From a virus, in the IMG/VR virus record IMGVR_UViG_3300032282_006300, positions 1 through 64,000 of that record: a DNA stretch of 64,000 bases. One strand, written 5' to 3'. The stretch's first letter is position 1. Each line of letters starts with the position of its first letter. A model generated the notes under the pieces. It had not been told where the DNA came from. It ran no database searches and saw only the letters and a list, made by a program, of their open reading frames with translations. Of this stretch, positions 37,576 through 47,713 are shown in pieces. A program made the position numbers and the translations under genes.

Positions 37576-38235
37576 TTACTGATCATAGGACTGATCGTAG
37601 GTGGGATCGTCTTTGATCTCCCGATAGATTCTTTGGTAATCCATCTTTTCTTTGTAATGTTTTTCACACTGGGGTTGTGTTTGACCACTTGTTGTTACAT
37701 AGTCTGCGAATCTTTTCTCAGGACATTGTGAGCATTTTGTTTGGCTCAATAGTTCACTGGCGACTTTTACGGCGATCCGCGGGGTCTTCCCCTGATATTT
37801 CCCTTCAAGGATCCCGTGTTCGCGCACATGCTCGCGGGCGCGGTTGATCGTATCCTCGTTGGGGTCTTCATGTTCTTCGGGGTCTTGATCAGTCCGTGAC
37901 CAGTCCGCGTGATTAGTCTTGTCCGGGTCGATGCCCTTGTAGGGCAAGGGGTGCTTTCCAGCAGAGTCATAAGCATGCGTGTCGTCGTGCGCGAAGTAGT
38001 GCGATGGGACCTCCATCTTGTCGCCATCGCTGTCTGTCAAGACCCACCCCATCGCCCCGAAACGAAGAGAAGGCTTCTCGCGGATCAGTGCGTGAGCGTA
38101 TTCAAGGCAATTGCCGTGCTGCCAGTCGCGCCAGCCGTGGAGGTTGTATCCTCGCTCTTGGTAGTCCTTCTCCCATTCCGCAGTTTCTAGGCTGTCTTCA
38201 TTGTTTTCAGCGACTTTGTACCATAGGTTAGCCAT
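37576..38235 (-). CDS. MxNLWYKVA-leader protein with possible Cys-His-Asp catalytic domain
   Basis: Shared leader, then GNCLEYAHAL...SHYFAH...YDSAG. Confidence 0.65.
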   Translation of the reverse strand: MANLWYKVAENNEDSLETAEWEKDYQERGYNLHGWRDWQHGNCLEYAHALIREKPSLRFGAMGWVLTDSDGDKMEVPSHYFAHDDTHAYDSAGKHPLPYKGIDPDKTNHADWSRTDQDPEEHEDPNEDTINRAREHVREHGILEGKYQGKTPRIAVKVASELLSQTKCSQCPEKRFADYVTTSGQTQPQCEKHYKEKMDYQRIYREIKDDPTYDQSYDQ

Positions 38236-38277
38236 TATTGTTCTCCGTTATATTGAAAATACACAAGTAAAATTGCT

Positions 38278-39000
38278 TTAAAATTTCCATCCGACGTCTT
38301 GTCCAACGTAAGGGCTTGGACTTAAATGATGATTAATCCGGTTTTTAATACAACTAGAGGCATCTGGATCTAAACAACCATTTTTTTCTGCAAGCGTTCC
38401 ATCAAAAAGACCATTGTAAAGATTTCCACAACGAAGGCATTCATGTTCCCAACCATAATGTGTTTGTACGGGAATATGAAGCGAACTTTTCCAACCCTGT
38501 GATATTGTGCTTTTTAATTCAAAATGCGATCCTGTTTCGGGATCCTTTTCGGATCCGTTGGACCTTAAAGGAGATTGTTGCGCTTCTGCTCCATGTAACC
38601 ATGAACCTAAACCTTGTGTATGTAGATACATGGCTGGTCCAGAATTGTCGTGTTTTAAAATTCCACAATTTATGCCAACTAGGCCACCGTCACCATAAAT
38701 ACCATGTTTTCCGTATATAATCCTATTGTCGTTATGATTATATACGGAACCTTCTTTAAGAATATCTGATACATGTTTTTCGCAATGGTGACAATAATCT
38801 GTTCTGTCATCCATCAATGTGCTTAAATTTTCGCCTTTTAATGTTTCGAAACCTTTATGTATATGGCTCAAATATAAAGAAGGGTTATAAATATGGCGCA
38901 AAGCGGGCGCATTGTGAAACCTACCAATTGCTGGGTTATTATTAAGTTCAGAAACCCAACTTGGTGTATCTGAAGCGACTTTGTACCATAAATTACTCAT
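38278..39000 (-). CDS. MxNLWYKVA-leader His/Cys-rich protein
   Basis: Start MSNLWYKVA at 39000 (TAATG overlap) with GAGGAG RBS. Confidence 0.7.
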   Translation of the reverse strand: MSNLWYKVASDTPSWVSELNNNPAIGRFHNAPALRHIYNPSLYLSHIHKGFETLKGENLSTLMDDRTDYCHHCEKHVSDILKEGSVYNHNDNRIIYGKHGIYGDGGLVGINCGILKHDNSGPAMYLHTQGLGSWLHGAEAQQSPLRSNGSEKDPETGSHFELKSTISQGWKSSLHIPVQTHYGWEHECLRCGNLYNGLFDGTLAEKNGCLDPDASSCIKNRINHHLSPSPYVGQDVGWKF

Positions 39001-39692
39001 TATTGCTCCTCGCCTTTGAAAAGATATAAACCATTCTTTTGGCGCCATTCTGCTTCTGATCCTAGAAGGGTCTCTAGATCTCCTGCGGTACCATAGGCTT
39101 TTGCTTGTTCGTCAGAAATGTGACCCCCGGGCCAAAGGTCTTTATGGTGAACATAATCTCGGGTTTCCTCTAAAGTATCTTTAAAAGCATGTGGGGTGAA
39201 TATGTCATGTGCAATACAAGAATCAGGATGCCCCGTCGCTTTTACCATTTTTAATTTGTGTTCTTGGCATTCTTTTTGTGAATGTGGTCTGGCGGGCAAT
39301 ATGCTTCCCATAACACAAGTAGGACATTCAACGCCATTTATGTTATTTTTTCTTAATTCTTGAAAAGAAATGGGTTTTTCAATTGATCCACCACGTGAAT
39401 GTTTTAGAAATTTTTCTTTACATTCGTCTCTATTGCAAATAAAAAATTCATGACCAGACCCATTTTTTGCTACGTGGGCAATTTTATCTTGAGGGCTTCT
39501 CAAATGTGAAATATTTTCCCAATATTTATTTGCATATATTGTACGTTGTTTAGTATTTAATTCTCCAGCAACATCAAAAAATTTAAATTTACCTTCAATA
39601 GGAGCAGGTTCATTATCTTCGGGCACCCTTAACCAGTCTGGTTCTCTCATATGGTCACCATAATCAGCAACTTTGTACCATAGGTTACTCAT
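39000..39692 (-). CDS. MxNLWYKVA-leader Zn-binding paralogue
   Basis: SFQELR...CxxC...ILPxRPH..EC...HISDEQAKAYGTAGDLE. Confidence 0.75.
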   Translation of the reverse strand: MSNLWYKVADYGDHMREPDWLRVPEDNEPAPIEGKFKFFDVAGELNTKQRTIYANKYWENISHLRSPQDKIAHVAKNGSGHEFFICNRDECKEKFLKHSRGGSIEKPISFQELRKNNINGVECPTCVMGSILPARPHSQKECQEHKLKMVKATGHPDSCIAHDIFTPHAFKDTLEETRDYVHHKDLWPGGHISDEQAKAYGTAGDLETLLGSEAEWRQKNGLYLFKGEEQ

Positions 39693-40414
39693 GATTTATT
39701 TCTCCCACCTAAATTGATGGGCAGATTGTTTTTTACACGGTATTCTGCTTCTGATCCTAGAAGTACTTCTAGGTCTCCTGAAGTACCATAGGCTTTTACC
39801 TGTTCATCTGTAATGTGACCTTGTGGAAAAGCATGTTTGGGGTCAAAACCTCCGTGGTTAATGCATGATCCCTCATACGAACCATGTTGGCATTTATGGA
39901 AATAAATTCCTTCTGGTCTAAGTTGACAAGTGGCCAAACAGTTTCCTTTTTTTTGTGGCCTACCATTAGGTTTACATTCTTTTTCCGAATGTGGTCTTGA
40001 AGGTAAAATTGTGGTTGCGCAATTAAGACACTGAGGAAAAATATTATCCGCTCCTGCTTTATAAATTGGGCTGTAGTCGTTGTTTTGTTCTTGTCTTAAT
40101 TCTTGAAAAGAAACAGGTTTTAAATTGCTATATTTTAAACCACTTACCTTGTCTCTAAAATCATTTTTTTCTACTTCTGGCAAACATGTTCTGTGAATCA
40201 ACGCTTTATAAGGAAAATGACTATCTTTAATATCGGCCGAATATGCAACTGTATTATCTCGACCCATTGATGATAGATTTTTCCAATAGTTTTCATGATG
40301 TTTTTCAGCATCAGTACGGTTGTATTTTAATAAAACCCAAAGATTGGGGTCTAATTGTTGATGCCTACCGCTTAAATTAGAATATTCAGCGACTTTGTAC
40401 CAGAGGTTAGCCAT
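39689..40414 (-). CDS. MxNLWYKVA-leader Zn-binding paralogue
   Basis: SFQELR...CxxC...ILPSRPH..EC...HITDEQVKAYGTSGDLE. Confidence 0.75.
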   Translation of the reverse strand: MANLWYKVAEYSNLSGRHQQLDPNLWVLLKYNRTDAEKHHENYWKNLSSMGRDNTVAYSADIKDSHFPYKALIHRTCLPEVEKNDFRDKVSGLKYSNLKPVSFQELRQEQNNDYSPIYKAGADNIFPQCLNCATTILPSRPHSEKECKPNGRPQKKGNCLATCQLRPEGIYFHKCQHGSYEGSCINHGGFDPKHAFPQGHITDEQVKAYGTSGDLEVLLGSEAEYRVKNNLPINLGGRNKS

Positions 40415-40986
40415 TAGAAAACCCTGCCCTTGGGTTCAATATTTTCACGGGCCTGTATTTCATGTTCTTTTGCTAGGTATACTTCGGCGTCTCCGGATAC
40501 CCCTAAATGATCGGTAATATCTGGTGAATTTTCAGGCAAATGGTTTTTGCATTGAGTTGTCCATCCATCTGGATGCGATTCAAGTTCGCATTCTGATTTT
40601 TTATGTGGTCGGCCTTTAAGAATTGGCTGATAACATTCTGAGCACTGAGTTGTATGGGGTGTACTTTTTCTTACATCAGCAAAAGATAAGGATTTTTTTT
40701 CATCTTCATAAAGCCAATTAGATGTGTCACACTGAGGGTGAAAAAAATTACCACGAAATGTTTTAGCAAAAGGTTGTTTCGGATTTTGTACCCAACTATC
40801 TAAATTTGAATAATAATTGTCCATACCTTCGGCATTGAGAGGGGCAATACGACCTTTTTCCCCTTTCCAAAGAGCGGGAAATTCTTCATCATGACTATCT
40901 CCCTGAACGTGGGGGTGCGGTGACCAATATTGAAACCCGTCAAGAAACGGGCTGATTTCACTGGTTTTGTACCATAAATTACTCAT
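40414..40986 (-). CDS. MSNLWYKT-leader Zn-binding paralogue
   Basis: SFADVR...CSEC..PILKGRPH..EC...GD.E. Confidence 0.75.
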   Translation of the reverse strand: MSNLWYKTSEISPFLDGFQYWSPHPHVQGDSHDEEFPALWKGEKGRIAPLNAEGMDNYYSNLDSWVQNPKQPFAKTFRGNFFHPQCDTSNWLYEDEKKSLSFADVRKSTPHTTQCSECYQPILKGRPHKKSECELESHPDGWTTQCKNHLPENSPDITDHLGVSGDAEVYLAKEHEIQARENIEPKGRVF

Positions 40987-41441
40987 GGGTTCTTATTCAT
41001 TCTGCTAACTTCAGGGATTGTTTCTTTTGCATCTTCGTATCCCCCCCAATATCCATATGCTCTGGGATCATCTTCAGAAATATGGGGTTCTTCACAATAA
41101 CTCTCATCTTGTTCACACTCTGAGTCAAGATGGGGACGTTCGGGTACAATCATTTTTCCACATTTATCGCAGTCATAACCGTGAGGCAATTTGACACGCA
41201 ATTCTTTAAATGAGATTCCTGTTGTGTCTTTGTATTTAGGTCCACATTTTTTACAAAAAACACCGTCTCCCACAAAAGCGTAAGGACCTTCTTCATTTTT
41301 TACTTGGTCTGGAAATGAATGTTGTAAAGAATGGTGTTCAACAGAACCGCATTCGGTGCAAGGATGAAATTGAAATATTCCGGAAGCAGATTTAAAATTA
41401 AAATTTAAACTGTGCAAGGAGAGCCAATAGTCATTGTTCAT
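40983..41441 (-). CDS. Zn-binding paralogue of the same family (divergent leader)
   Basis: SFKELR...CDKCG..IVPERPH..EC...HISEDD.RAYG. Confidence 0.7.
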   Translation of the reverse strand: MNNDYWLSLHSLNFNFKSASGIFQFHPCTECGSVEHHSLQHSFPDQVKNEEGPYAFVGDGVFCKKCGPKYKDTTGISFKELRVKLPHGYDCDKCGKMIVPERPHLDSECEQDESYCEEPHISEDDPRAYGYWGGYEDAKETIPEVSRMNKNP

Positions 41442-41466
41442 TAAAAATCCCCTCGGATAACGGTCT

Positions 41467-41503
41467 ATACCATTTAAACCGCTGTTTTAGAGGCTAGAAC
41501 AGG
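41467..41503 (-). promoter_or_regulatory. Putative late promoter variant (CCTGTT-N22-AAATGGTAT)
   Basis: Same spacing as the other copies, heads the LWYKVA operon. Confidence 0.5.
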
Positions 41504-41721
41504 CCGGTGGCTTTTTCTTTTGCTGGGGCATCAAAGACCCGAATTACCAATTCACAGGGGTCTCCCCCATCTTCCCACTCTTTGGCCTCTTCCTCGGTGA
41601 AATACTCATATCCACCATCGTGGGTATTGCAATAAGGCTCGGAAATCCAATTATTCTCAATTCCGATGCGTATCCAGTCAATAAAATCGGGTTCGTTATT
41701 GTTCTTGGCATGCTTAGCCAT
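41494..41721 (-). CDS. Hypothetical protein
   Basis: WIRIGIENNWISEPYCNTHDG...GGDPC, a small phage family. Confidence 0.65.
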   Translation of the reverse strand: MAKHAKNNNEPDFIDWIRIGIENNWISEPYCNTHDGGYEYFTEEEAKEWEDGGDPCELVIRVFDAPAKEKATGLF

Positions 41722-41993
41722 AATGGGCCTTTCTGAAGCGGAAGATTGTGTGCTGATTTTTAATGCTGGTCCAGCCAATAAAAAAATGCCATCATCAATA
41801 CTGAACATAGTCCAATTACAATACCTGAAATATTCATTACACGTCCTTACCGATCTTGTATGCCATGTAGCAGGTTACAACAACAATAATGGCAATAAAA
41901 ACAACAACAATTGAGTTCATGATTCCTTCAAATCTAAGACTAGGACAACCCCACCACAACAAGAAGGAAAAAGATGGGGTCGCCCTAGTGGTC

Positions 41994-42392
41994 TTAAGTC
42001 AGACTTGCAATGTCTGATTCATATTCTGGGCAAAATGCCGCGACTGATGCTCCCACAAGGGTTCCTGCTTCTGAAGCAGAAAAACCATTGTCAATGATTA
42101 TATTGCCGACCTGGATCAATCCTGCACCAGAGTCAAGCGCTGAACATACTGCTTTTCCGAGACGGAGAGCGGTAGCATCATCAACACTGCCAAACTCGCT
42201 TTGGATAAGAGTCAAAAAAGCCTGTTCGTTGATATCATTGTTGCTGACAACAGGGGGGTCATATGGCACAGGTGCAGGTGCTTGTGCTTGTGGTGCTGGC
42301 TGTGGTGCAGGTGTGGGCGCTGGCGTTGAAGAACATCCCGCGATCAAAAATGCTACAGCGACAATGGCTGAGCCTAATGCAATTTTCTTCAC
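41994..42392 (-). CDS. DUF732-family lipoprotein
   Basis: Lipobox LIAGC, Pro-rich linker, G..VC..LD.G...GASV.AFCPE. Confidence 0.8.
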   Translation of the reverse strand: MKKIALGSAIVAVAFLIAGCSSTPAPTPAPQPAPQAQAPAPVPYDPPVVSNNDINEQAFLTLIQSEFGSVDDATALRLGKAVCSALDSGAGLIQVGNIIIDNGFSASEAGTLVGASVAAFCPEYESDIASLT

Positions 42393-42856
42393 GAACTTAC
42401 CTTATTTTCTATGTGGGTTGGCCAGTAATACGAACACCGATCACAACAAACATGCTCCGTGTAAATCTCTGACTCATATTGATATTGAGGATAGTGCTCA
42501 GGGAACTTGATAAACAAGCGACCCCTATGGGTGATTTTGACGCTATCGTTATTCAGCCATTGTGGGGCTGAAGTTTTGGTAAAATGTGTATCATACACAT
42601 CTTCAATTTTTTCAAGCAAATCTGTTTTATACCCACGGTTGGAGATTTCACGGTAGATTGCTTTGGTGTAATCAAGCAAACTGGATTCGTGACCTTTCCA
42701 CATAAGGCATGCTGGATGGTTGCGCCAGCCTTTGGTAAGACCAGCATTGACCCGAAGAATTTGGTAAGACTCAAGTCCTTGCTTGTTTAATCGCTTAACA
42801 TCAAGCACTTTTGCTGATTCATCAAAATCAATGCCACCCGGCATAAAAGTTTGCAT
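42389..42856 (-). CDS. Pyrimidine-dimer DNA glycosylase-like protein (MSMEG_6728 family)
   Basis: MQTFMP...LD.KRL.KQ..E..QIL...GWRNHPA..MW.GHE. Confidence 0.8.
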   Translation of the reverse strand: MQTFMPGGIDFDESAKVLDVKRLNKQGLESYQILRVNAGLTKGWRNHPACLMWKGHESSLLDYTKAIYREISNRGYKTDLLEKIEDVYDTHFTKTSAPQWLNNDSVKITHRGRLFIKFPEHYPQYQYESEIYTEHVCCDRCSYYWPTHIENKVSS

Positions 42857-43028
42857 TAATTAACTCCATAAATGTATCGGCTGATTACTGTACCAAGAAA
42901 GGCGCAGATGATTAATCCTATCGGAAAACCAATAATTAATGGCAAGTTGGCCCATACTAATGCCGCGATACATCCCGCCAACAAGACTAATGTCAAACTT
43001 GCAATAAATTTTCCAATTTCAAGAAACA

Positions 43029-43361
43029 TTAGACATCCTTGCGGGAAAGGTGGGAAATTTCACCGGAATGCCAATTGATGTTTTCGGCAAGTTTTTTCAA
43101 TTGTTCTGACATTAGGGATTCTGGGTTATTCTTAATTTTGTAGAAAGAATGAAGAAACTGGTCAACAAACTCGTAGGGGACAGTGATTGCATTTTCATTG
43201 ACCTCAATACGAATTGAATAAATATCATTGTTGAAAATTTCGCCATCAACATCCAAAACGATGTTGCGAAGTGCAAAAATTTTCATGGAGTGGTTAGAAT
43301 TTTCTGAAAAAACAAGTTCTTGTTCAAACATCAAAGAGTTACCATCAAAATTCTTAATCAT
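43029..43361 (-). CDS. Hypothetical protein
   Basis: 110-aa ORF with AAGGA RBS. Confidence 0.5.
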   Translation of the reverse strand: MIKNFDGNSLMFEQELVFSENSNHSMKIFALRNIVLDVDGEIFNNDIYSIRIEVNENAITVPYEFVDQFLHSFYKIKNNPESLMSEQLKKLAENINWHSGEISHLSRKDV

Positions 43362-43716
43362 TGTTTTCCTTAGCGGTTGAATTTGTTTATTACTGGTGAC
43401 TCACCGTAATGACAACACTCATTGTTGGTGTGAGTGACGCCACAAGTGACCTTAGTGATTCCAGAAGGAAGAATATAGTATACTTTAAAACACTTGGGGC
43501 AAACCCAAGACGGCCAATCTGATTCATCCTTCTGTAAACTACTCATTGTTCTTGGCGATCCTTAGAATGCTGAATTAAATGCCAAGACCAAGCGTAAGGA
43601 CCAAACTGCCCGAAACCATCTCCTTGGGTTTCAATCATAGATTTGGTCCATCCATGATTATTAACGAGATGATCGTTTAATTCTTTTTGTCGAATCAATG
43701 TGTGTTCGTTTTTCAT

Positions 43717-44292
43717 TTATACCTTCTTTGCACATTCTGGACCAAGTCCTGAATGCAAACTAGATGGGACGGTTAATTGGCGGTTACAAAGAGAACAGCG
43801 ACCTGAAATCTTTGCATATTTTTCTCTGGCGGGGTTTGGATCTTTTATCACAGATTGGATGTCTGCGAGCAATAGCGTATCATCTTTAAAACGTTTCCAT
43901 ACCCTTATTTCGACATTGTTTTGAGTTTTTTGTAAATGTCCGAAATTGGTGTATTTGTCCTTTTCTCCCGTATTGTCTAGATATCCAACAATTTGGGTAT
44001 CTGGCATAAAATCGTCGTCTTTATCTTGTGTGCGTATGCGAAAAGTGGTCTTAGAGCCATCCAGACGTACTACAGTGTAAAAACCCTCTGAGAAGCCGTA
44101 GGATGCGTTCTGAGACGTTTTCTGGCAATCTGCGTGCTCAACCCTCCATTCGCCTACTTCTCCAAAGAGAAAGCCTTCTCCGGCTTTTACGGGGGCATTA
44201 CACTTAGCGCAACGAGAATCAAAACGGTTGCGCCTAGATGCTTCTTTGGGGCGGGTGGCAAAAGGGCTACTAAATGCTGGTTTGGCGGTCAT
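43717..44292 (-). CDS. DUF6011-like zinc-finger protein
   Basis: C-terminal GRCSLCNRQLT.P.S...GLGPECA and N-terminal CxxC...H..C. Confidence 0.75.
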   Translation of the reverse strand: MTAKPAFSSPFATRPKEASRRNRFDSRCAKCNAPVKAGEGFLFGEVGEWRVEHADCQKTSQNASYGFSEGFYTVVRLDGSKTTFRIRTQDKDDDFMPDTQIVGYLDNTGEKDKYTNFGHLQKTQNNVEIRVWKRFKDDTLLLADIQSVIKDPNPAREKYAKISGRCSLCNRQLTVPSSLHSGLGPECAKKV

Positions 44293-44372
44293 GGCACAAT
44301 GATTGCACAAATTTGAGCAAAAAGCAAAGATGCTGGCCAATTTTATCAGCCAGCACCTTTTTAGATATTCTA

Positions 44373-44603
44373 CTATTTTTTAATGTTGTTCAATTCATCG
44401 TGACTTGGGTGTTCAGATACCTTACCTATTTCTGGGTTTTTGGGGTCAAAATAAGCAACCAACGTTCGCAAAAAGGCAATACACACAGCCACTGCGATTA
44501 CTTTAACCCAAGGTACATCTTCTACAACAAAAAATGATACTGGCAAAAGTGTCAGCAATGTTGAAAAAAAGGTTGTAAGTGATGATCGAATTAGCATCGT
44601 CAT
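44373..44603 (-). CDS. Putative holin
   Basis: 76 aa, two TM helices, RTLVAYFDPKNP..G end typical of actinophage holins. Confidence 0.55.
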   Translation of the reverse strand: MTMLIRSSLTTFFSTLLTLLPVSFFVVEDVPWVKVIAVAVCIAFLRTLVAYFDPKNPEIGKVSEHPSHDELNNIKK

Positions 44604-44917
44604 TACCTACCTGAATTATCTAGTCGCTCCATAATCCAAAGTTGACGTTCTTCTATACGTTGCATTCTTTCGCATAAATCTTCCATCATTTGGTCACGGT
44701 TCATGGTTAATTCAATTTGTCTTTTCCAACGAGCATAAAGACGGCCAACTCCTGCACCAATGGTTGCAAGACTGACTACAATTGCTGTGATTAAATATGC
44801 ACTACTTACAAAATCATCGTTACTGATTGCTACCCCTACGGCTAACGGAGCGCCACTAGCAATGGCCCCCGTAATACTTAATAAAATTGTGGCTTCGCCT
44901 GAGTCAGTGCCACGCAT
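44603..44917 (-). CDS. Membrane protein with C-terminal coiled coil (possibly lysis-associated)
   Basis: TM segments followed by RMQRIEERQ. Confidence 0.5.
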   Translation of the reverse strand: MRGTDSGEATILLSITGAIASGAPLAVGVAISNDDFVSSAYLITAIVVSLATIGAGVGRLYARWKRQIELTMNRDQMMEDLCERMQRIEERQLWIMERLDNSGR

Positions 44918-45025
44918 TTTAACAGTCCGTAAGGTGCAGGGGGGAGTTTTTGTTTTTCAACATATTATCCTCCCCGAAATGGTATTTACAATCATTAGTG
45001 GTATTTAGTCCCGCCTACACAGGCG

Positions 45026-47650
45026 TTAGAACCAAAGGGTGTCGCTTTCTTCATTTTCTAGAAAAGAAGCCTCAACTTGTGCATAATGGGTGCCTTCAAG
45101 ATTTAAACGGTCAAAGTTGGCGGCCCGAACATCCCCTTGCTCACCTTCTCGAATAATTTGGTCTGCTTCCCCGGAAGTAAAACTCTTCATAGAAATTTTT
45201 TCTAGATATTGTTTTGCGGCTTTGGCAATATCTGAATCTCCAACGGCTGGGCCAACGTTTTCACCATCAAGATGAGAGGCTGTAGCCTGGAACTGAGCAA
45301 CAATGTCATTCACAGAACCTGTGGTTACCAGACTTTCGTTGCTAGGACTGATGTTGCTAAACTTTCCATCTTCTTCTTCTGTAGTGTTGCTACCAGCCAT
45401 CAAACGGCCAACGTCTTTGCCGTCAGTGTTTTTTTGTGGCAAAACCGGCAATTCTGGTTTAGTGCTATGAGTTACATAATTGCCGTCTGTACTTGGCAAA
45501 GCAGGTTCTGGTTCGTCGTTCAAAATTCCTTCTGAACCATCGGTGCGAGGTAGGGCGGCTTCTGGTTCTTCGCGCAGGGTAGCCTCTGAATCAAGATCGG
45601 CTTCAAACAAGAATTCATCATCCAAAGATCCGTAAACGCTACCGACACCCTCAGCGTCACGAGTTTTAACGCTTTGGTCTCCCCAACCACCTGGGTCAGG
45701 AGCAGAGGCGAAACCGGCAGAGGCAGGGTTTTCGCTTTTATCCGGAAGTTTAGTTCCACCGGGTTGGGACATATTAACGTCAACAATTACTTCACCAAAT
45801 GGTGTATTGACACTACCTTCAAAAGCGTGCAATGTGTAATAAGCATCTTCATCACCAAGTGATGCAATATGTTCTGAAACGGAATGTTCAAAAACATTCA
45901 AACTTGAACGTGCGCGAATGTTTTGACCGCTATTGATATCGTGTTTTACAACTACACGACGTGGAACCCAACGGGCCTGCTCGCTTTCACGAATATCTTT
46001 ACCAAACATACCTTGAGACTGTGATTCAAATTGCAAAGCGAGCGCGTGTGAACACATGCGTCCAGCAAATTTGCTATTGTCGTCTGATGCACCCCAATGG
46101 TAGGAGCCCCACTTGCATCCACAAGACCATGAAGAAACTCCCGACTTGCCAGGAAGTTTTTGCAAACCTGTTTCGTATACATTATGGTCGCCCCGCACAT
46201 TTCCGAAAATGTAACCGTCGCGGGCAAGTTTAATATTTACTCCGCCTTCTTGACGAATGCGCTTGGCTTTTGCTCTTACATCAGACCAACCAGCGGTTAC
46301 GTGAAAGGCAAAATCTGGATCCGTTGATGCTTGAGCGATAATGCGATCAATATCTTTAGATATTAAAGATCCAATAGAAGAATCTCCTCCACTACCGCTC
46401 GAGTCGCCAGAATCTCCCGAATCAGAATCGTTTGAGTCTGCGCCAAAACTATCATCAAAATTTAAATCATCTCTACTATCGTCATTTTGATCTTTATCTG
46501 CATCTTCAAAATCGTTAGGGTCATGCACTTGGTTGGCCACGTTGTTGTGCAAATCATTACTAGAAATCATAGGCGTTCCGCAAAGAGGGCAAGCCATTCC
46601 TGGATACGCTTTTGCGTTCCAGTATTTACAATCTGGACAAACAGAACCAGAATGTGGGCGTCGTTTAGATGGATCTGCTTGTTCGGGATCGTTAGAAATC
46701 ATTTCATGGCGATCAACGGATGTTTTATTAAAAGAAGATTTTTTCTTATTATTATTTAAATGGTGACCGCAAGAAGGGCATTGATCAATTGTAATATTTT
46801 TTGGATCTCCGTGATCATCCATTGGATCACCGCAACCACAATTTAAACATGCAATTTTACGAGATGATTCAGTTTTTACATCAGGGCGATTTTCTTTAAT
46901 CCAATTAACAAGATCTTTTTGCAAACCTTCATGAGTCAAAGGTCGTTTTTCTGTGCTAAAAATATTGTCAATTACTTCGTATTTAAGATTTCCATTTTTG
47001 TCGTATCTAGGGTTTGAATCAGCAATATCTAAAAAATCGTAAGGAAGTTCTGGTTTATGGTAAGCACGAACGGTATAGCCCGAAGGGTGAAAAACTTCGT
47101 AATAATGTTCTCCACCTAAATCAACACCATATTTACCTTTGGGATTTTCTCCAAAAGTTTTTTTCAAACCAGCAAGGCCACCATTTTTGCTCGAACAAGG
47201 ATTACAAAGAGGTGCATCCTCTTCATCAGGAACCACCATATTGGTTCCGCAATCTGCGCAATTGCTTCGTTTACCGACAATCCTAGAACCCATTTTAGTA
47301 TTAATGGCAATGTCGGGTCTTTCAATTAAAATATTGCCAAGTTCTGGGTAATCATCGGCGGCCGTAACCACATTGCTAATAACCTGTGCTTGAACAGATT
47401 TGTTGGCTACCACAGATTTAATTTGGTTGGGGCTGTATTCCCCAGCGCCGAGGTTGTTGTCTAAGACAATGTGGTAAATCTCAGTTCCGCTTACAGGGCC
47501 ATCCTTGATGTCGGAAATCAAACCAGCAATTCCGTCAACAGTCATTACGTGCTGACCTACTTGATAGTCAGTATCTGAACCCTGATCAAAAGCATTTTTG
47601 CGCACAGAATCAGTGTCGTGAAACCTAGCGTTACGCCGACCAAGACTCAT
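45026..47650 (-). CDS. Modular head-associated protein with SWIM-like Zn finger
   Basis: WSCGCKW...CSH SWIM-like motif, KxA-delimited modules, directly downstream of portal. Confidence 0.65.
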   Translation of the reverse strand: MSLGRRNARFHDTDSVRKNAFDQGSDTDYQVGQHVMTVDGIAGLISDIKDGPVSGTEIYHIVLDNNLGAGEYSPNQIKSVVANKSVQAQVISNVVTAADDYPELGNILIERPDIAINTKMGSRIVGKRSNCADCGTNMVVPDEEDAPLCNPCSSKNGGLAGLKKTFGENPKGKYGVDLGGEHYYEVFHPSGYTVRAYHKPELPYDFLDIADSNPRYDKNGNLKYEVIDNIFSTEKRPLTHEGLQKDLVNWIKENRPDVKTESSRKIACLNCGCGDPMDDHGDPKNITIDQCPSCGHHLNNNKKKSSFNKTSVDRHEMISNDPEQADPSKRRPHSGSVCPDCKYWNAKAYPGMACPLCGTPMISSNDLHNNVANQVHDPNDFEDADKDQNDDSRDDLNFDDSFGADSNDSDSGDSGDSSGSGGDSSIGSLISKDIDRIIAQASTDPDFAFHVTAGWSDVRAKAKRIRQEGGVNIKLARDGYIFGNVRGDHNVYETGLQKLPGKSGVSSWSCGCKWGSYHWGASDDNSKFAGRMCSHALALQFESQSQGMFGKDIRESEQARWVPRRVVVKHDINSGQNIRARSSLNVFEHSVSEHIASLGDEDAYYTLHAFEGSVNTPFGEVIVDVNMSQPGGTKLPDKSENPASAGFASAPDPGGWGDQSVKTRDAEGVGSVYGSLDDEFLFEADLDSEATLREEPEAALPRTDGSEGILNDEPEPALPSTDGNYVTHSTKPELPVLPQKNTDGKDVGRLMAGSNTTEEEDGKFSNISPSNESLVTTGSVNDIVAQFQATASHLDGENVGPAVGDSDIAKAAKQYLEKISMKSFTSGEADQIIREGEQGDVRAANFDRLNLEGTHYAQVEASFLENEESDTLWF

Positions 47651-47671
47651 AACCCGCCCTCTCAGATACCT

Positions 47672-47708
47672 CTACCCTTTCGGGGGCATATATGCCAAAT
47701 GAAACAGG
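47672..47708 (-). promoter_or_regulatory. Putative late promoter (CCTGTT-N22-AAAGGGTAG)
   Basis: Copy of the recurrent motif. Confidence 0.7.
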
Positions 47709-47713
47709 CTAAA

